From Macrostomum lignano (Eukaryota): a stretch of DNA of 43,406 bases. The number at the start of each line of letters is the position of its first letter. The stretch's first letter is position 1. The stretch is from positions 1 to 43,406 of the forward strand of contig NIVC01003889.1 in NCBI GenBank assembly GCA_002269645.1, in the 5' to 3' direction. The notes below the pieces were generated by a model. It had not been told where the DNA came from and searched no databases. It worked only from the letters and a program-made list of their open reading frames with translations. Position numbers and translations under genes: made by a program. Below are positions 1-13,894 of this stretch, piece by piece.

Positions 1-73
1 GGATTTGACAGAGGCAAAACAATTCTTTTATTATTATCATTGACTGTTCTATTCTGCCATTTACATCAGCGCT

Positions 74-784
<711 letters not shown>

Positions 785-826
785 ATTGGTTATCCAGCTT
801 GCTGACTCCCCACTCGCCGCCCGCAG

Positions 827-1268
827 CACCAGGGCGCCTCGGCCAAGCTGGTGGACGAGCAGTCGGACAGCGTCCCGGAGTCGGACGGGGACAGCGGCAA
901 GGGTGGCAGCGTGTCGAACAGCAACAACAACCGACCGCCGCTCCAGCGGTTCCAGTGGCCTATCCGGTGGTCCTCACCACCTGACGCTGCATCAGCACCA
1001 TCCCAGCTGCACCACGGGCCGCAGACTTCCTCCCTACTTGGCCTGGACTTCCCCGGAAGTCACCCAGGCGCCCCAGGTCGCACCTTCGTCGGCGGCGATG
1101 GCAGCCGGTCGATGACTCTGCAGCGGCAGTCGAGGCCTCTGCCGGTGCCGATCCTGCAGCCGCAGCAGCAGCAGCAGCAGCCGCTCTCTCTATCAAACCC
1201 TCGGCCAGCGGTCCAAGCCGCCCCCGCAGCACATGATCATGGAGGACACCGGCGGCAGCCTCGTCTGA
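827..1268 (+). CDS. Probable terminal exon of a gene extending left of the window; low-complexity cytoplasmic-tail-like peptide with an apparent frameshift near 1185-1191
   Basis: Branch-like CTGAC at 802-806, then tccccactcgccgcccgcag acceptor ending at 826. In-frame GC-rich codons give HQGASAKLVDEQSDSVPESDGDSGKGGS...QQQQQQP. After the CT dinucleotide run the coding-looking frame is YQTLGQRSKPPPQHMIMEDTGGSLV* (TGA 1266-1268), followed by T-rich UTR-like sequence. Confidence 0.6.
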
Positions 1269-2572
1269 TTGGCTGGATCCGCTGCGCCCACCCCACTCCG
1301 CCTAGCGGCCCACCCACCCCACTCCCTCCAGTTTTTATCGATTTTCTCTCTCTACGCCTCTATTCTTATCACTTTCTACTCCGTTACAATCGAAAACCAA
1401 GAAGGATGAGGCGCAGCTTCTCTGCTATTTTTGTTGCCACAGCTGCCCGCTTTGTAATTTTTTTAAATTTCTTTTTTTACTATAAAACTGCTTCTATTGC
1501 CTGATTTCCTCGTTGCAATCGTTCTCTGTTTGTCTCTGTTTGAGATTTTGTTTGAAAATTTCTTCTGACGGATTCTCTCAGCTTTTTGAGTTGTTTCTTC
1601 ATTGCTCTGTATGCTGTAGTCGTATCACAGCTTGCTTGCGCTAACCGGGGTGGGGGGTGACTAACTGAGTGAGTCTCAAATTAATTAAAGCGCACACCTT
1701 AACGACGAGCGGCAAATCCAGCAGTGTCTCAGCCCCGGTCTCTCAGCCGGGCTTTGACCCGGGTTTTTGCTTAGCGACAACTGCAACTCCACTAGCTTAA
1801 CAGCGGAATAGCTTTCACTAACCTGTACTAATTCAGTTAATCTAGTCTGCACAACTGCTCACAAAAGCCAGCCAGACCTCAGGTCATCATAGTAACAAAA
1901 ACTGGATAATTCCAACTGCACGCGTTAATCGATTGGCCCAATTTTTGCCATTATTTTTGTTGCTATGAATCAGAATCAGAACTGCCGCAATCGATGCTTG
2001 GGTCGACTTTCCTCTTCTTGTGTTTGTTCAGTGTGTTTTTTTGCCATCGAACTATAAATAGCGAATGCTTTATAGAGAGAAAGAGCTGATTTATAAGCTT
2101 ATCAACTCGCTTTGTACACTCGTGTGTTCGGTTTTAGCTGTACTGCAAACTGCGCTTACAGTATGATGTAATGTTGACCTACAAATAAACTATAATATTA
2201 CTTATTACGAGCGTATACCAGAGTAAACTCGAGATTAATTAAGACTTTGACTGAACTTTAATCGACAGTTCCACCTGTAGACCCCCTGCAAATAGTGAGA
2301 ACTGTTTGTCTGTCCCAGCCTCTGCTCAGCTGCCCCACCTCATCTCCCCCCCCCCCCGCCGTGTTCTCTCATAGAGCAGCCAGCATTGCCTTTGTTCCCA
2401 ATGAATTTGATATTTCATTCTGGATGATGCAGCAGTGGGGGTTGCAAGAAGAGAAACTCTGTTTGGCATCCGTGATGGATTACTTTGTGTCAGCTTGATG
2501 TTCTGCTTGCGGGGATAGGGCTGAGTGTAACTCGACTGAGTGCGAATGTGAGTGATAGAACTGAGTGGCGAT

Positions 2573-3942
2573 GGGTCATGGAGTGACTAAGAGTCGGTCA
2601 TTTAATGACTAATAAGAATTGGTCATAGAATGACTAAATAGGAATCCGTCATAGAGTGACTAAATAAGAATCGGTCAAAGAATGACTAAATAAGAATCGG
2701 TCATAGAGTGACTAAATAGGAATCCGTCATAGAGTGACTAAATAAGAATCGGTCAAAGAATGACTAAATAGGAATCGGTCATAGAATGACTAAATAGGAA
2801 TCGGTCATAGAGTGACTAAATAAGAATCGTCAAAGAATGACTAAATAGGAATCCGTCATAGAGTGACTAAATAGGAATCGGTCATAGAGTGACTAAATAA
2901 GAATCGGTCAAAGAATGACTAAATGGGAATCCGTCATAGAGTGACTAAATAAGAATCGGTCATAGAATGACAAATAAAAATCGGTCGTAGAGTGACTAAA
3001 TAAGAATGGGTCATAGAGTGACTAAATAAGAATCGGTCATAGAATGAATAATAAGAATCGGTCATAGAATGAATAATAAGAATCGGTCATAGATTGACAC
3101 ATTAGAATCGGTCATAGAATGACTACTAAGACTCGGTCATAGGGTGAATAAATAAGAATCGGTCATAAAAAATTTTTTAAAAATCGGTCATAGAGTGACT
3201 AAATAAGAATCTGTCATAGAGTGACTAAATAAGAATCGGTCATAGAGGGACCAAATAAGAATCGGTCATAGAGTGACTATATAGGAATCAGTCATAAAAT
3301 GACTAAATAAGAATCGGTCATAGAGTGACTTAATAAGAATCGGTCATAGAGTGACTTAATAAGAATCGGTCATAGAGGGACCAAATAAGAATCGGTCATA
3401 GAGTGACTATATAAGAATCAGTCGTAGAGTGACTAAATAGGAATCAGTCATAGAGTGACTAAATAAGAATCGGTCATAGAGTGACTAAATAAGAATCGGT
3501 CATAGAGTGACTTAATAAGAATCGGTCATAGAGTGACTAAATAAGAATCAGTCATAGAGTGACTAAATAAGAATCGGTCATAGAGTGACTTAATAAGAAT
3601 CGGTCATAGAGTGACTTAATAAGAATCGGTCATAGAGTGACTAAAAAAGAATCAGTCATAGAGTGACTAAATAAGAATCGGTCATAGAGTGACTAAATAA
3701 GAATCGGTCATAGAGTGACTTAATAAGAATCGGTCATAGAGTGACTAAAAAAGAATCGGTCATAGAGTGACTAAATAAGAATCGGTCATAGAGTGACTAA
3801 TAAGAATCGGTCGCAGAGTTAATAAATAAAAATCGGTCATAGAGGGACTAAATAGGAATCTGTCAAAAAAGCCAATAAGAGCCGTTATAGAATAACTTAT
3901 AAGAATCGGTCATAAAAGTGACACATTAGAATCGGTCATAGA
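2573..3942 (+). repeat. 26-bp minisatellite (AATCGGTCATAGAGTGACTAAATAAG)n, about 50 copies
   Basis: Period measured directly (gtgact at 3481 and 3507). Confidence 0.95.
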
Positions 3943-4562
3943 CCTGACCAAAGTAAGTCACTCAAACAGGCAGGCAGCTCTGCCAGAAGCGACCCACAGC
4001 CGCTCGCAGAGCCCTTTGTAGCCCAGCGTCACGCGGCCCCGACCCCGTGAGGGATGAGCTGATTAATCTAATTAAGTCCCCGGCGGGCCTGCAGTCTGAT
4101 TGATTGGCGGAGGCACCCAACTGGAATAAATACTTTGTTCGAATGAAATTGTTTCGAAAAATCTTATTTTTTGAGTATAGCTATCAATGGACTCGAAACA
4201 GGGGAAGGGTGCCACTGGGGTGGCTGAGTCTGAGACTGAATTGGTGAGCTGGCGTTGGTGGAAACTGCGAAGCAGTTGTTCGAGAGTGACATACGAGACT
4301 CTCGGAAGTATTAGCGATGCCGGGGGAAATTGGGATCCAATTGCGGCAGAAAGCTCTCAGAAGCCCTGGCTTTGTGTGGATTCGAAACACAAAAAATCCT
4401 TGAGCAGCTGTCAGAAGCGGCTGGGGCCCCCGCGACCCAGGACCTCCTCCGCCCTCCCTCCCGCCTCTTTCCCTCTGGGGCCTCAGCCAGGGAGACCCAA
4501 GAGCCAAAATCCGGAGTCCAAATCCAATCCTAAATGCATTAGCTAAATAGCTAACGCAGATA

Positions 4563-5643
4563 ACCCGAACCCAAACCCAAACCCAAACCCAAACCCAAAC
4601 CCAAACCCAAACCCAAGCCCAAACCCAAACCCAAGCCCAAACCCAAACCCAAACCCAAGCCCAAACCCAAACCCAACCCCAAACCCAAACCCAAACCCAA
4701 ACCCAAACCCAAGCCCAAACCCAAACCCAAACTCGAACCCAAACCCAAACCCAAGCCCAACCCCAAACCAAACCCCAAACCCAAACCCAAACCCAAACCC
4801 AAACTCGAACCCAACCCCAAACCCAAACCCAAACCCAAGCCCAAACCCAAACCCAAACCCGCCAAACCCAAACCCAAGCCCAAACCCAAACTCGAACCCA
4901 AACCCAAACCCAAACTCGAACCCAAGCCCAAACCCAAACTCGAACCCAAACCCAAGCCCAAACCCAAACCCAAACCCAAACCCAAACCCAAACCCAAACC
5001 CAAACCCAAACCCAAGCCCAAACCCAAACCCAAACCCGCCAAACCCAAACCCAAGCCCAAACCCAAACTCGAACCCAAACCCAAACCCAAACTCGAACCC
5101 AAACCCAAACCCAAACTCGAACCCAAACCCAAACCCAAACTCGAACCCAAACCCAAACCCAAACTCGAACCCAAGCCCAAACCCAAACTCGAACCCAAAC
5201 TCGAACCCAAACCCAAACCCAAACCCAAACCCAAACCCAAACCCAAACTCGAACCCAAACCCAAACCCAAACCCAAACCCAAACCAAAACCCAAACCCAA
5301 GCCCAAACCCAAACCCAAACCCAAACCCAAACTCAAACTCGAACCCAAACCCAAACCCAAACTCGAACCCAAACCCAAACCCAAACTCGAACCCAAGCCC
5401 AAACCCAAACCCAAACCAAAACCCAAACCCAAACCCAAACCCAAACCCAAACCCAAACCCAAACCCAAACTCGAACCCAAACCCAAACCCAAACCCAAAC
5501 CCAAACCCAAACCCAAACCCAAGCCCAAACCCAAACCCAAACTCGAACCCAAACCCAAACCCAAGCCCAAACCCAAACCCAAACCCAAACCCAAACCCAA
5601 ACCCAAACCCAAACCCAAACCCAAGCCCAAACCCAAACCCAAA
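4563..5643 (+). repeat. (AAACCC)n hexamer array with AAGCCC and AAACTCGAACCC variants
   Basis: Direct reading. The minus strand is (GGGTTT)n. It is the source of the spurious VW/LG ORFs. Confidence 0.97.
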
Positions 5644-6289
5644 GCCTAACCGCTTGCTTGCTTAACTTGGAATTGGGAAGTCGGGAGGGTGAGGAGGCTG
5701 AGTAGAAGCTTGCGATTTCGGCTACTCCAGATTCTGCTTCAAGTCGCACTCCCTGACCGCTTAGCCATCAAGTGAAACTCAAAACTTCAGTCTCAGCCCC
5801 CCACAGCTGCCAGTCCCGCCAGCTCAGCTGCCCGGGCGCTCCATCAAACCCGACAGTGACAAATTGCACGAGTTGCGTCATCGCTAGTTTCAGACTCTCA
5901 GAGAGAAAGAATTGTCTTCAACTGTTAGGAATAATTTTGTACAGTTGGTGATTCCTTAATCCATTTCTGCAGCTCCATGTCTGAGTTTTATTCACTCTGA
6001 TAGCATCGGATAAAATTCTGACTGACTCATGCTCTGCTCCGCTGAGGTGTCCGGGTTGCACCTCTTATAAACCAAACTGTCAGCTCTCAGTGTGCTGAGC
6101 TTGAAATGCAGCACCCCAATCATTGATATTGAGCTGGGGGTGCAGCACGGTGACTGGCGCAGTTAATCCCATTAGATGAAGTTAAACACGGATTAGGCCA
6201 GCTCTGTGGGTCCTGGACACTGTTGCTCGGATGCGGCAGATATTGATAAAAGTAAATGCTGTTTATGGCTAAAATGTGCAAATTTAGGG

Positions 6290-7620
<1,331 letters not shown>

Positions 7621-9017
7621 CATGACCCAACCCAGCAGCAGCTGGCCATGGCAGCAGATGCCGACTCCCAGTCTTAAATCCTCACTCAAAACGAATTAGA
7701 AAAATGGTTATGAAAAGCTGCTTTCTGACACGCCTCCCAGCATCTCTTCCCCACTGCAGACTCAACCTCATCAGGCAGACACAGACGATCAGCCCAGCGC
7801 ACCAACCCCAAGTCTATCTGGTGGCAATTTCCATAAAACTCCCCCCTTGGCCTCTCCATCAGACTGGGGCACACGTATGCGAGTCTTTGTTCCATTGAAA
7901 AAGCACGGGCAGCCACGCCCGCTGACACCCTGCAAGTTTTTACGCTGAAAAAACGAAGCAAGAATGCAGGAGCAGCAGCGCCTCTAGCATTGCTGGCCTG
8001 TTGAAAAAATTTTAGACTAGAATTTGCAGCTGAAAGCAGCAGACTCATCGGGTGTGAAGAGGTGGCAGAATTTGAAGATTTTCTTTACCGTCAGCTACTT
8101 TCCCCTTGTCCGCTTGTGCTGGTGGTTTTCGTGTGTCTGCAGACAAAAATGTCACAATTACAGCAGGAAATCTTCCTCAATCTCGTTTCCATTTGCAGAA
8201 GAAGTGAATTCTCCTTTCAATACAATGGGGAAGCCATTTCCTGAGCAGCAATGCGGCGGGTTCTCAAAATTTCATCCGCTTCTCTTTTCTCCCTCTCAGC
8301 CTTGAGCACCTTCTCACTCATCTCATCTGCTGCATGCTGCAGATCTGCTCGCCTCCTTGTCAAATTGCAGTTGCCGGCACCGCCAGCCCGATTCTCAGGG
8401 GACCCGTCAGCCCGGGGATCCGCATCCACACACTCACACGCTTAATAATGAGTTTCTTGCAGACCGCGAGTCCGCTAGCCTGGTTGCCAGGCAGGGTATT
8501 GGGGCAGAGATGAAAAGCAAAGTTGTGGGAGAAACAGGGGGGGGGGCAAGGCAAAGCAGCAGAGGATTTAGAAGTGATAGAGTGGCCCTGGGTGCTCAAT
8601 CAACTAAATGGATGGACTCAAGCCATCTTGTTAATCCCCCTCTCCCTGTGCTCAGCCCAGATCTGTCTGCAACTTCACCTTCTATTTTATATTTGCTCAA
8701 AGTGTAGTTTGAGCAGAACAGGGCGAGTCGAAAAGTTTTCCCAGATATCGGGGATATGCATCATCAAGATTCTCCAAAGTGGATCTCAAACACGGGCATA
8801 GGCTAAGCCAAACAGTCCAGCCTTGATAGCAATAATGGCTTGGAGATGGCGGGAGGCGCAACTGGCCTTTCATCCTTGCCGACCGCGCCGCCCCAAGCCG
8901 CTTGGGCCTGTAAAATTGTTTTATTAGGGCCAGCCGGGGCAATTAAGTGCTTGAGCTGCAGGGGATCAGCGAGACGGAATGGTGAGACGCAACTCTGGTA
9001 TCCTCGTGTGGCCGACT

Positions 9018-9224
9018 GCACTGACCCTGGCTTCTGTCTGGCCGCAGCTTGCACTGACCCTGGCTTCTGTCTGGCCGCAGCTTGCACTGACCCTGGCTTC
9101 TGTCTGGCCGCAGCTTGCACTGACCCTGGCTTCTGTCTGGCCGCAGCTTGCACTGACCCTGGCTTCTGTCTGGCCGCAGCTTGCACTGACCCTGGCTTCT
9201 GTCTGGCCGCAGCTTGCACTGACC
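9018..9224 (+). repeat. 33-bp minisatellite (GCACTGACCCTGGCTTCTGTCTGGCCGCAGCTT) x about 6
   Basis: Identical 33-bp units, visible as an 11-aa period in the ORF track. Confidence 0.95.
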
Positions 9225-9289
9225 TCTGCTTCAGCATCTCTGATCTCCTCTCCTTACCCTCCCCCCCACCTGCTGTCTAAATCGCCCTT

Positions 9290-9838
9290 TGATTTATCTC
9301 CTCTCCCCATTAATCTGTCCCCTCTCCCCATTGATCTATCCCATCTTCCTATAGATCTATCTCCTCTCCCCATTGATCTATCGCTCTCCTCATTGATCTA
9401 TCCCCTCTCTATACTGATCTATCCCATCTTCCTTTAGATCTATCCCTCTCCCTATTGATCTTCCCTCTCCCTATAGATCTATCCCCTCTCCCTATTGATC
9501 TTCCCTCTCCCTATAGATCTATCCCCTCTCCCTATAGATCTATCCCCTCTCCCCATTGATCTTCCCTCTCCCTATAGATCTATCCCCTCTCCCCATTGAT
9601 CTTCCCTCTCCCTATAGATCTATCCCCTCTCCCTATAGATCTATCCCCTCTCCATATAGATCTATCCCCTCTCCCCATTGATCTTCCCTCTCCCTATAGA
9701 TCTATCCCTTCTCTCCATTGATCTATCCCCTCTCCCTATAGATCTATCCCTTCTCCCCATTGATCTATCCCCTCTCCCTATAGATCTATCCCCTCTCCCC
9801 ATTGATCTATCCCCTCTCCCTATAGATCTATCCCCTCT
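9290..9838 (+). repeat. 19-21-bp pyrimidine-rich minisatellite (GATCTATCCCCTCTCCCTATA)n
   Basis: Direct reading; 7-aa period in ORF 9678. Confidence 0.93.
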
Positions 9839-10454
9839 AGCTCTTTTCCGTTCACTTCACAAGCCATCTCGGAACCAGCTCAACTTCTCTAACAGATTTC
9901 TCCTCCTAAGCGCCTCATTGTTTTCTAACCTTCACCCTACATCTCACGTGTCACCCCCATCTCTCGCAGCCAGTTTCGCAGACCCACCTCACGCACAAGA
10001 AGGCCCGCACTGCAGTCGCAAAGCAAAGCGGTGTGCTCCGGCCGAGTTCGATAAAGCAACTCGATGCAGCAGAGAGCAAACATAACAGGCTTGGAGTGGT
10101 TGCAGAGCACACACACAGAGGAGCAAACTGATAAACCTGGGGCAGGCAACCCCTCCAACACGAATACTGAGCAAACAGTCAAGTCTCAACCGCAATTAGT
10201 TTGCTTGGCAACTCAGGCCCGCTTCGAGCATGGAAAGTATTGGATGGCAAATTTACTAGACGTGTAATTATTTCAGAGGCCAATAGCAATTCCTGTTTGG
10301 CAGCAGCGACAGTTGATCTGGAGTGTCCAGCCAGAAGTCCGTTTCTCTCAGAGAGTCAAAGTTCAGAGATTAATGTGGATATCATGGTCGATAGTTATTA
10401 ATATAGTCACAGATCTCCGGGAAGCGAGTCAATGATAAGTAATAAATCTCAGAG

Positions 10455-11598
10455 TGTCAGAGTGCGGTCATAGACGATCTTATTGGAGAGAGTCAGAGTG
10501 CGGTCATAGATGATCTCATTGGAGAGAGTTAGAGTGCGGTCATAGATGATCTCATTGGAGAGAGTCAGAGTGTGGTCATATATGATCTCATTGGAGAGAG
10601 TCAGAGTGCGGTCATAGATGATCTCATTGGAGAGGGTCAGAGTGTGGTCATATATGATCTCATTGGAGAGAGTCAGAGTGTGGTCATATATGATCCCATT
10701 GGAGAGGGTCAGAGTGCGGTCATAGATGATCTCATTGGAGAGGGTCAGAGTGCGGTCATAGATGATCTCATTGGAGAGGGTCAGAGTGCGGTCATAGACG
10801 ATCTTATTGGAGAGAGTCAGAGTGCGGTCATAGATGATCTCATTGGAGAGAGTTAGAGTGTGGTCATATATGATCTCATTGGAGAGAGTCAGAGTGTGGT
10901 CATATATGATCTCATTGGAGAGGGTCAGAGTGCGGTCATAGATGATCTCATTGGAGAGGGTCAGAGTGCGGTCATAGATGATCTCATTAGAGAGAGTCAG
11001 AGTGTGGTCATATATGATCTCATTGGAGAGGGTCAGAGTGCGGTCATAGACGATCTTATTGGAGAGAGTCAGAGTGCGGTCATAGATGATCTCATTGGAG
11101 AGGGTCAGAGTGTGGTCATATATGATCTCATTGGAGAGAGTCAGAGTGTGGTCATATATGATCTCATTGGAGAGGGTCAGAGTGCGGTCATAGATGATCT
11201 CATTGGAGAGGGTCAGAGTGCGGTCATAGATGATCTCATTGGAGAGGGTCAGAGTGCGGTCATAGACGATCTTATTGGAGAGAGTCAGAGTGCGGTCATA
11301 GATGATCTCATTGGAGAGAGTCAGAGTGCGGTCGTAGATGATCTCATTGGAGAGAGTCAGAGTGCGGTCATAGATGATCTCATTGGAGAGAGTCAGAGTG
11401 CGGTCGTAGATGATCTCATTGGAGAGAGTCAGAGTGCGGTCATAGATGATCTCATTGGAGAGAGTCAGAGTGCGGTCGTAGATGATCTCTTTGGAGAGAG
11501 TCAGAGTGCGGTCATAGATGATCTCATTGGAGAGAGTCAGAGTGCGGTCATAGATGATCTCATTGGAGAGAGTCAGAGTGCGGTCATAGACGATCTCA
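10455..11598 (+). repeat. 36-bp minisatellite (GAGAGTCAGAGTGCGGTCATAGATGATCTCATTGGA)n, about 32 copies
   Basis: Direct reading; 12-aa period in ORFs on both strands. Confidence 0.96.
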
Positions 11599-11604
11599 TG
11601 CAAA

Positions 11605-11790
11605 AGTTTTTTTAGAATAAGATTTTAATGAATAGCAATGGCAATTGTCAGGCCCGGGTCACCTGACAACTGTGCTTGCCAAAAAACTCGAATCTTAATC
11701 TAATCGACTTTTTTGGCAAGCACAGTTGTCAGGTGACCCGGGCCTGACAATTGCCATTGCTATTCATTAAAATCTTATTCTAAAAAAACT
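11605..11790. repeat. 186-bp near-perfect inverted repeat (87-bp arms, 12-bp spacer)
   Basis: 11605-11691 is the reverse complement of 11704-11790 with one mismatch (11687/11708); spacer is ATCTTAATCTAA. Confidence 0.95.
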
Positions 11791-12498
11791 GAAGATGAAT
11801 AGCAGATAGGATCTCCTAACAAAGTAGATCTTGTGTTTTTTCTTCAAACCCAAGTGCTGCTTCGTATTTATAGAAATTAATGATGTCGTCCATGGCACCC
11901 CAATTTTGGAGTTGAAGAGGCCAGACTTCGCGACACAGCTGTCTCACTGATTGATAGCTTGGCTGAAAGCTAGAAGTCAGTATGAAAAAAATCTACTAGC
12001 TTTGCAAGGAACAAAGACAATGGACTACGTGCTGTGGTTGAAAACGGGGGCTCCCAGGTTCGTAATGAGAAGCATTGTGTGGCTGTTGGCCATGAATAGA
12101 AGAGTCTTGGACACTTGACAAAGACTGCATGTGAATATGCATGTGATATATGCATGCATGTGAATGCATGTGCATGTGATATGCTATGCATATGCATGAT
12201 ATGATATGCATGTGAATGGCGTCATACATTTGCACAGCATAGCTGGTGTTCAAGCACTTGATTGCTTAGGAATGATATGAAGAATGCTTGTTAACAATAC
12301 GGGGTTGTAATTTTTTACTGCATTGGCTACATGTAGGAATGGATACATCAGACGGAGCAGAGAAAATTGGCAGGTGGCTCAGGAAATCTGTTTTTTTTTG
12401 CTGTACAGATATTTTTTGTTGCCAATCGGTTGTTAAGGTCGTCACAGATAATGAGAGCGAGCGTCCTCTGGGATTTAAATCTGTATGGAGTAATACAG

Positions 12499-12968
12499 TA
12501 CCTGTAAGGGGTCATACCTAACCTGTAAGAAGTCATACCTAACCTGTAAGAAGTCATACCTAACCTGTAAGGGGTCATACCTAACCTGTAAGGGGTCATA
12601 CCTAACCTGTAAGGGGTCATACCTAACCTGTAAGGGGTCATACCTAACCTGTAAGGGGTCATACCTAACCTGTGAGGGGTCATACCTAACCTGTAAGGGG
12701 TCATACCTAACCTGTAAGGGGTCATACCTAACCTGTAAGAAGTCATACCTAACCTGTAAGGGGTCATACCTAACCTGTAAGAAGTCATACCTAACCTGTA
12801 AGGGGTCATACCTAACCTGTAAGGGGTCATACCTAACCTGTAAGAAGTCATACCTAACCTGTAAGGGGTCATACCTAACCTGTAAGGGGTCATACCTAAC
12901 CTGTGAGGGGTCATACCTAACCTGTAAGGGGTCATACCTAACCTGTAAGGGGTCATACCTAACCTGTA
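12499..12968 (+). repeat. 21-bp minisatellite (CCTAACCTGTAAGGGGTCATA)n
   Basis: Direct reading; 7-aa period in the ORF track. Confidence 0.96.
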
Positions 12969-13345
12969 AAGGGGTCATATCTGCAAAGAGTCATATCTGC
13001 AAGGAGTCATATCTGCAAAGGGTCATATCTGCATGGGGTCATATCTGCATGGAGTCATATCTGCAAGGGGTCATATCTGCATGGAGTCATATCTGCAAGG
13101 GGTCATATCTGCATGGAGTCAAATCTGCATGGAGTCATATCTGCATGGAGTCATATTTGCAAAGGGTCATATCTGCATGGAGTCATATTTGCAAAGGGTC
13201 ATATCTGCATGGAGTCATATTTGCAAAGGGTCATATCTGCATGGAGTCATATCTGCAAAGGGTCATATCTGCATGGGGTCATATCTGCATGGGGTCATAT
13301 CTGCATGGGGTCATATCTGCATGGAGTCATATCTGCAAGGGCTAT
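12969..13345 (+). repeat. 16/17-bp minisatellite (G[G/A]GTCATATCTGCA[TG/AAG])n, contiguous with the 21-bp array
   Basis: Direct reading; shares GTCATA with the preceding array. Confidence 0.93.
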
Positions 13346-13894
13346 CTGCAACATGCCGCTTAGCGTCACACCTAGTTCGGTCATAGGTCATAATAGCAGA
13401 GGCCATAATTAGTGACGAATACAAAATCGATAAACTCTCGCTTATCACTTCACCGACAGTCACACTTTAAACAATGCAACAGGCAATAAATTAATATTCT
13501 AGATATGGAAATAACTGCAAATTCAGCAGGCCCAACCAACTTCCCTAATTGCCCGGCCCCCGATCCCATCAAACCCCTGACTCTGGCTTCCCGCTGCGCC
13601 CGCGAGCCCAAAAACAGATTTCCAGCCAGCGATCCCGGAGGCCACTCTCGGGAATGTCGCCGCGGTTGTTGCGTCATCAGCTAAGAAAACACGGGGCCCG
13701 CTGTGTTGGGGGCTCAGATACTGATCTCTGGGGGGGGGGGGGGGGGGCTGGCCCAGCTCCCACTTGCCTTTGGGACCCAAAAGATGGGAGAAAAATTTTT
13801 AAGTTGGGGTAAAATTAAGAAAAAACTGAGCGCCTTTTCTATCTTGGATCTTAACTTTCAAATTCGAGGTCTTCCAATTCTATTTTGAACAATT

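Noticed and set aside
4018-4045. GTAGCCCAGCG match to the SINE head
   Set aside because: Only 11 bp, with no B box or body downstream; compatible with chance.
9950-10270. Possible exon (HKKARTAVAKQSGVLRPSSIKQLDAAESKHNRLG) after ctctcgcag
   Set aside because: No consistent donor, partner exons or recognisable motif; not supportable from sequence alone.
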